64,000 bases of DNA, taken from contig JAQGDQ010000139.1 of the NCBI GenBank assembly GCA_030141605.1, forward strand, positions 124,001 through 188,000. The letters run 5' to 3'. This document shows positions 52,454 through 61,400 of the stretch, piece after piece. Both the position numbers and the translations under genes were made by a program. Each line of letters begins with the position of its first letter. Position 1 is the stretch's first letter. A model generated the notes under the pieces. The model ran no database searches. It saw nothing but the letters and a program-made list of their open reading frames with translations, and was not told the DNA's origin. The DNA comes from Tubiluchus corallicola. Its lineage: Eukaryota > Animalia > Priapulida.

Positions 52454-55400
52454 TATAACTTATATATGACTTATATATATATAAAATATCAGTATGGTGG
52501 TAATGATAAGTATAATATTAATGAGGTCAATATGAAAAATAGCCCTACCTCCCAAATTGCAAGAAAACGTTTTTTGGTGTTTTCTTGTAGTATTTGGCTC
52601 AGAGAATGACATATCCAAATTAGGCTGAAATTTGAGGCCTAAGACCTAATTATGGTGTCAAAAAAGATGGCCACCCTTTGACCAAAATTAATAAATTTTG
52701 TCTACCAGGTGAAAAAATTCTCTTTTTGATTCAAAAGCATGAAAGTTTGCACAGTGCTGGAGCTCATTAAGGTGATTAATTTTCATTATGGAGTCAATCC
52801 AAATTCAGCCAATAGGTCCGCGATTTTCGAAATGGCTACCAGTACGGCTTTTACTAGCTTATAAGATCTATATCTTAGCTATCAGAGCATACAGCATAAT
52901 GATTTTGATGTCTAAATATAGGTTTACAGGGTCAAGGAATCTATATCTGATGCTTACGTGCTCCTATAATATCACCCCATTTCAAGATGGCAGCTAAAAT
53001 GGCTATAAATGTTGTACAAAATGATAGAATTGCTCATTTTGCCTTAAAAGCATAAAACTTTGCACAGTCTAAAACCCATCCAGTTGATTCATTTTGGATA
53101 TGGAGCCAATCAAAAATTATGCAGTATGGCCACAGCATTCAAGATGGCTGTTGCTAGTTCATAAAGACCATATCTTTTAGGATTGTGAACGAAATCTGCC
53201 TGTTTTGTCAACTAACATGCATGCACTGTCTCTATTGTCAGTGCCTGATCCCAACAGTTCTGCTTCATGTGCAACCTGTTCAGTATGCTCGTCCAATGAC
53301 ACTTTTTTCCTTTAAGTCTTTATGTGCTTTGCCCATTGTCACAGTGATGCATGTTTTGGCTTTGTCATCCTAGAGTCCAGCAAAATGTTCAAGCACAAAC
53401 CTGAGGTAAATTAGCTGCTCAGCTCTAGGAATAATGCTTAGAGATACTAAATTTGTTTGTTACCTTTTTAATACTCACAACGCAGACCAGGCTATCTTTT
53501 TCCTCTCCTGTCAAAATCTGAAATCTGGTCGCAACTAGCAAAAACTAGCAGAACTGATTCTTTTCATAGCATTCAAAATTTCATGAAAAGCTATATACCT
53601 AAGGTATTTGCTTATGCCAAACATTAAGCAATGTAGAGTGTAGAAATGTACCTAACACATTATATAATATATAATAGCATACGTGTAACAGTCATTCAAG
53701 GAACAATACCAGCATTCAAACAACTTTATTACGTTGTGACAGTACGTGCTTGTTAGTTGACAAAACAGGTAGATTTTGTTCACAATTCCTAAAACATATG
53801 GTCCTTATGAGTTGGCAACAGCCATCCAGGCTGTCTTGAAAGCCGTGGGCATATTAAATAATTTTCGAATAGCTCCACATCCAAACTTAATCAACCGGAT
53901 GGGTTTTGGCATTGTGCAAAGGTTCGTGCTTTTAAAGCAAGATGAACAATTCCGTCAGTTTGTGCTTAATTTGCTGCCATCTTGAAATGGGGTGATATTA
54001 TAGGGCACTTAAGCATCAGATATGGATTCCTTGACCTTGTAAACCTATATTTAGACATCAAAATCATTATCCTGCATGTTCTGATTGCTAAGATACAGCC
54101 CTTATAAGCTAGCAACAGCCACCCTGTCAGCCATTTCGAAAATTGTGGCCATCTTGGACGAATTTCAGTTGACTCCATAATCAAAATTAATCACCTTAAT
54201 GAGTTCTAGCACTGTAAAGTTTTGTGCTTTTGAATCAAAATGAGCATTTTTTTACCAACCTGGTAAGCTAAATGCCCATTCATTTTGGTCAAATGACTGC
54301 CATATTTTTTGACGTCATAATTAGACTGTGATGGACCAGACTAGGTCCACCCCTTAGCTAAAGTTCTTACACATTACAAGCAACTATCTTTGTACATTAT
54401 GCTATGGAATTTGGCTCAAGGATAAATGTTTTGTTCGATTGAAGAGGCCTAACTTAGTTTGTTATTATGTTGTAGCAAATATTGTCCAGCAAAAACTTTA
54501 CTAGCATAATTAATCAGGCATAGTGCAATAAAATTTTTGAACGTCAAAAAATGCTGTGAAAAATAATTAAGGGTTTTACACACCGTGTCTACCTCAAGGA
54601 TTACCACAAAACTGCAGAATAATTATTATGATACCTAAAAAATGTTCAGTTGCAAATACACATTAGTAATGGCGGATCCCACCGCTGCCACCAGTGTAAT
54701 GATGGCGTTCCTTGTGGGTGATAGGAATTAGTAACTTATGCAATACGAGTAAGAAGCGCACTTAACTTTGGTAACATTGCGAAACTGATACTAAGGCTTT
54801 TGAAATGCGGAGTTTTCCTTGTGGTTTATGTGTACCTGTTTCTGAATACAAAGCTTACTGAAAGATCACTTAACATTTCAATGCTTTTATTCTACTGACA
54901 GACAATCTGAATAAGCAAGAAAAAAAGAAAAAATACATAACAATAATTAAAGATGGCTATTTCAAGAATTACAGCACGAGTTTTTGGTATCAAACAGTAA
55001 CCTAATAGTAACTGCAGTTTTCGCTGTCCATAAGAGTTTGTGCACAAGATATCACCAATTTGAGTAATCACAATTGAGCTCAAAAGTAAACTGTTACTTG
55101 TCTCTGGAGTGAGCTCTTATTACGTCAGTCCATTGGCATTCACTGGGGTACACCCGCCGTCTCTCCATGGAAGGGATACCATCTCCAAAACATCGCATAC
55201 AACGCTTGACAGTACTAGGTGCCAGTCCGTCCTCACCACTTTGCACAGCTTTAATTTCGGCCTAATTTGGATATGTTATTCTCTTGACCAAATACCACAG
55301 GAAAACCCCAAAAAAGTATAATGAAAATGGGAGCAAATCTTTTTACTCAGTTACGATTGAAACCAAATGAGTAATTATTGTTATTTGATCATAGATATAA

Positions 55401-58400
55401 ATGAATGTTTGTCAAACGTTGCTGCCTGTGAGAAGGAAACTACCGTGTGCGACAATGTCAATGGTGCTTACTACTGTTCTTGTCAAGAAGGTTTCCAGTT
55501 TCGTGGAACGTGCCCACAAGGCTCTCTTCCTTTAGGAGTCAGCAGTAATATAACAATTCCACCACAAAACATTGCTGTATCAAGCACTGAACAATTTTAT
55601 CCCAAAGAGGTATGGATGTAGTTTTGTCTTATGTAATTTTAATAAGGAACTGTGTTCATATGTTCCTATACTAGCGGTGCCTCTCAGGAATTTCAGAAGC
55701 CTGGCTAAACAGATAAACCTAAAACAGCCAGGATATTAGCAGCTGCTTTAGCATTTATGCACTTAAACATTGAAATGTTTGCCTAATTATCACGACCCTT
55801 TTTCTCGATAGATTGATCGTATAGTTTATCTAGCCGTATCGAGTGATCATGAATTAATTTTATAGATTGTGTAGATTTTATAGATTATCTAGATTGGCTT
55901 CCCGTTCGCTATAAGGTGATTCTGTCACCTGACTCCGAGGGCTTTAGTTAAGTTTGTCAGGCAATGATGCTGTCCTTCAAGATTTTCACTTCGACCTTGC
56001 GTTGTGAGTGGAGGCCTTCTTCCCTCAAGTTATCGAGCGTAGCTCCCGCAATTGAGCTTTCTTTAGTACAATGCGAATCTCTCAAGTTCGTATCTAGGAT
56101 TTAGTGTTGCTTTACTTTGAACGCTCTTAATTATACAAGAACTCGTTATCTACGTTACCACCATGAATAGAATTTATTCAATTACAGAATACACGTTATC
56201 TAGTCTGGATCACTTTACAAGATTTATCCTTATACACTGGTGGGCGCTTACAATTAGTGTATAGTTCCAGAGAAGATGCTCATTCACTTTAATTGACAAC
56301 GATTCAGTATGCTGCACTTATCGTGCTTAATACAATGTGAAACTACAGTTATGCAGAGTTATTCTCAGATACAAATATGTTGAATTCACTTAACTTGTGG
56401 ATTGACCAATGTACCCATACACTTGGTCAACTCCAGATAGCTTAACGAGACTTCGTTGCTCCAGTGCTCAGTCTTTGGCTGAGAACGCAGACTCCTCTAC
56501 GCTGGGCTGAAACGATGCTCCTCTCTTCTAGAAGACTGTCTCGGACACACTACGGCGGCAATCACTGTCAGACTCTCCCCTTCGCTGTGTGTGCGTGTGA
56601 TCTCGTGTCTGAGATCACGTGTGTGTCTCTAGTCTAAAACTAGAGTTTATATCTTTGAGAGCTGACCTTGCAAAAGATTGCACCATATGGTAACATCCAA
56701 CGACACCTGCGGCAGATGATACCACCCGTCATGAGACTTCTGATTTTACAATCAGCAAGATGTTCCCTTGAATTCCTTTGCTCTTTGAGATCTTCTTACC
56801 GTCGTCGGCAAATCTTCAGATTTCTCTCTCTAATGTCGCTGAGCACTGATAGAGACCTTGGCTGCTATCATAAAGTCACTTCTATGCGACATCTAAATCG
56901 CTACCGAACTTCTCTTAATTAGCTTTAACTCTGCATGTAGCTATTCAAGACAATAGTGTCTCTCTTAGACAAGACACCTGTATTTCTACAATTTCCTATA
57001 CAAGACACCTGCATCTCTATAACACGTGTGACAATTCGTGTCGCATTAGTTTCGTACTGTCAGCTGGATGAGTTTCTCTGTCAACCGTATAAATTTATCT
57101 TATGAAATCAGGGAGGCGTGAGATTTATCAACTGAATCTAATTCAGCTGATAACTCCATTAATTTACTTCCAAAATACCGATTCATAAATTTATTCACAA
57201 CATAATACTATTATATCTGCTTGCATTATGTGCTCAATGTACTGATTTGCAGCATATATATGTGTACACTGTTATTCAATTTATTGTCTACATTCCTGAA
57301 AACTGTTCCTCTTACTAGTTTATTCTTAGTAAGCTTAGTGTACAGCAACTCTATGAATAAGAAAAAAGCTAAATGTTATAATGTTTTTGCACTTTCCACT
57401 TGTAAGAGAGTGGAAAAAATCTTGTGCTCATATACGGGCGAGTTAGTGAAATTTGTTTTTGTATACTGCTCAGTAGTCACATAAAACTCTCAGTAGTTTG
57501 CTTAAATATCTGTATTACTGGATGCAATAGCTAATGCTTGGATATAATCACTAGTGATGTTTTAACTGAAGATGTTGATTTGTGTTCCAGGGAGTTCGGC
57601 TGAACAGTGAACTTTTAGGCTGGTGTGGGGCTTCTAATTATGATTTGCCAAACTGGGTCATGGTAAGCAACGTAAATAATTTGCATTAATAATAAACAGC
57701 TACTATTTTTAGTTTATATGAATGTTAAAAATTTAAATTTGATGAGATGCCATATGAAACACTGCTTCCTTTGTTCATGCAAGCATTTTTAGCACTTAGC
57801 TGAGGATATCACATTGTTTTGTAGGTTGATTTACAGGCACCAACATTGATTCAGCGAGTTCAGCTCCAAGGTGTAAACAGACATGATGGTATTAAAGCTT
57901 ATGTGACAGCCTTCCATATTCGCTTTGCTAACAGCATTAACAGTGAGCCAGCTGCATTGACTGATCCATTAACAGATACAGTAAGTTATAGTTTGGTTTT
58001 TGTAGCAAATGGGACAGTACTTTGCAGGCTGATGAGCTCCATGTGTTGAAAGAATTGTATTTTGTGGTTTATTGAAATTACCCACGCTTTTTCTACAACC
58101 TAATATGATTCATGACTACAAAGTCACAAGCACAGAATCCCAGTAACCTCAGACTGTTATTTATTAGACTTTATTTATTAAAACAGTACAGTAAGCTTTA
58201 TAACAGCACACTTACCAGCTTAAGATGGTATCGTCACAGCTACTCTGTTAGAGAAGCCCAGACTGGATGGAAATTAATAGTAAATAGTAATGCGTATATC
58301 ACAGATTGGATGAAACCAGTGTGGTGGGGGGAGTGCTGATACAACTCGAGCTATAGTGCTCTCATATGCCATTTTTATCATATCAGAAGGCTGCTAGCCT

Positions 58401-61400
58401 TTTTTCAGTGGCGCTAGTGTCTGGCACTCTGTAAGTTGGGATCCAGCACTGACTTTGAGACTCAAGCATTTACAGTCAGAGCATTTTAAATGTCTTTTTT
58501 TAGGAAACTTTTTTTGTGGAAAGAAATTACAACAGAAAATTTTTACATAGATCACTTTCTGTTTACCACAACAGTAGTGTCTGTACGCAGTGTCTTACAT
58601 TTTAAAATGTTATTGGACACAATGTCTCTTACATAAGATGGACAAGGGAAGTATTTACACTGAAGTGAAGGAAATGTGGACTCAAAAATACTTGTTCGCT
58701 TATAGATAAATACTTTAATATTTTTGTTTTAATAAATTTGGTTAATAGCAGTCAAAGAGATATTTCTAATTATCTTACATGTTGGAATAGTATATCTGGC
58801 ATATAGCATTACAGTATATAGCTAAACACGAGATTTTTTTGTCAATAAACTATTTTTATTTCTTTTTTTATATCACTGCCCTCTGGTTTTGAATATTACA
58901 TCTTCTTTTTTTGCTAGTATTGTAAATATATTACTTTTAATAGTCTGACTACCTATGAAGGTACTATACAAATTATAATGTATTTACTTTTGATATGGTA
59001 CAATAGAAAAACAGATTTATAATTTTTCAGATTTGCTAACTTGTTTTATTAATAGGCATATATATTGGAAGGCAATACTCAAGATAGATTTGGCAATAGA
59101 GTCATAACACTTCCAAGTTCAGTGACGGCACAGTATATATGGCTAGTTGTAGAAAGCTACCATGGTTCCCCTTGCATGAAATTTGAATTGTTGGGTTGCA
59201 GAGAAACTTTTTGTGATGGTAAGTTACTATAGCAACAGTCTCAGTGTAAATATTTATGTGTGTCGTGTGTGTAACTTGAATATGTTATGTAAACTTTGTC
59301 TAAAATAAAACAAATATGATGTTAATCTTTCAGATATTGATGAATGTCTTTATGAGACATCAGGTTGCAGTGATCAATGCATAAACCATCGAGGTACATT
59401 TCATTGTGAATGTGATGTTGGTTACATACTCTATGTTGAAAATGGCACGAGTAACTTCTTTTTGCCGCTTGGAGAGACTGGAGTTAATGTTGGTGACACA
59501 TATATCTTCAACAAAACATGCGTGCGTAAGTAGTGCTGCCATTCACACATATTGTAGTATGTTAAATTTTAATAGAATTTTACTTTTTGTTTTGTACTTT
59601 TTATACAATCTGCAATAGCGTTTAGACCGATTAATCAGTTTACTCGATTAGAGACAATTTGTACTTTTATCTCTGATTATTTTTCAGCTACTAATTCAAA
59701 TCGACTGTATTACCAATACCATTTTTAATTTAGTTTTCAGAAAAGCTGCAAAAATTGCATGACAAATATGGCTGTCACTGTGGTAAAATCAAGTCATGTG
59801 GCATCACATTTGTACAGTAACTTTGTCCGTTTCCATCGCCGCCTATACATGAAGGCTTCTTATCTGTACTAATATCTGCTTTAAGTGGTTTTCATGTGTG
59901 TCTTCTTTGTCATAAAATGGCTTTATAATTGATTATTGAATTGGTTTCATATTCAATTAATCAGTTTGTAAAGTGTAACAGATATGCTAATTTGTATTGC
60001 AACTTAAGTTTACTAAAGTTGAATGACTATAAAGATGACTTAAAGCTGTTATAAATTTAATCATAATATTTCAACTCCCATTGCGGGTGTCATCATCAGA
60101 TGTATCGAAAAGAACATACCTCTAATGATAACAACCACAAGTGGAGCCAAAATATTATGAAAAAATTTCTAACAGCTTTAAGTCATCTCAATTGTGGGTC
60201 GTTTTTACTTAAAAGTTTAACTTGATTTTCCTGTTTCTATACACTATAATTACTACCAAACTTCTCTGGAAATATTAAGAGGCAAAGATGACAATTGCTT
60301 TATAATAAATGAAAAGTGGCACAGTTTTAATAATAAGTGATGATGCTTGTTATGAGGTCAGTGATGATGATGTATACTGCATTATAATATTTAGTAGTAT
60401 AGTGATAAACTTAAAAATAGCTGCCGACTTGATTGTTGAGTTTTTATTTTTATTTTGTAGCCGTCTTGTGCCCATCTTTGGACCATCCAGAAAATGGTAT
60501 TTTATTGTCTACAGAAACAAATTTTTATTATCAGATGTCTGTAAAATTTGAGTGTAAGTTCGGATTTGTGTTACAAGGAGAGAGTCATTTAAAGTGTCTC
60601 TCTGATGGAACTTGGAGTAATTCTCCTCCAACCTGTCAACGTAAGTATTTTGCAGTGTAACAAACTTTTGATGCTTGAAGTGAATAAATTAAAATATTAA
60701 GATGCATTTGAAATGTTAATATACATGTTAGTTTCAAGTATAGATAGTTTAGATTTTGACAGAATAATTGAATGTCGTGCTTCTTATTAAAACAGGTTGA
60801 TTCTTTTAATAAGATGTATATTAATATTTCAAACAGATGCATTTTAAAGTATCTAAGACATTTAGTATGCATGCTATGCTGATCTGTACAAAGTCATCTC
60901 TAAAGTACTGTACCTTGCACAGTTTTTATGCTATGTAGATTTTCTAGTTTGCCATTTTATCACCATTTTTAGTCTATTGTTATTGGCTTAAATCAAAATA
61001 ACTATTAACAGATCAAATAACTGTCAGTTTTAAAATTTTATTAATTTTAAAGGCAGAAAATATTCTTGTATCCCACGGGATACAATGGGTATGAAAGGGT
61101 TAATGTACATGCTAGTTTCAAGTATAGATTGTTTAGATTTTGACCGAATAGTTGAATGTCATTCTTCTTTTTAAAACAGGTTGATTGAAAAAGTTGTCTT
61201 TAAAAGGCTAATTGGATTATTGAAATAGTTTAGTACATGCATATTATTTATGAATTTCAAGAAATAATTTGTACCATATAGTGAAAGTTAGATTGAGAAA
61301 ACCTTTTTTAAAATTTCTTGTGGAGTTAATATTTCTTCGCTACATTTTTTACATTATACTTTGACTATTTTTACTCTGTATAAAAATTATCCAAAAAATT

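Noticed and set aside
52788-54184. Pair of convergent paralogous small genes
   Set aside because: They are the two arms of an inverted repeat and have no recognisable domain.
54676-54693. tRNA-Leu gene
   Set aside because: Only the last 18 nt, with encoded CCA and no cloverleaf; fits a retroelement primer-binding site.
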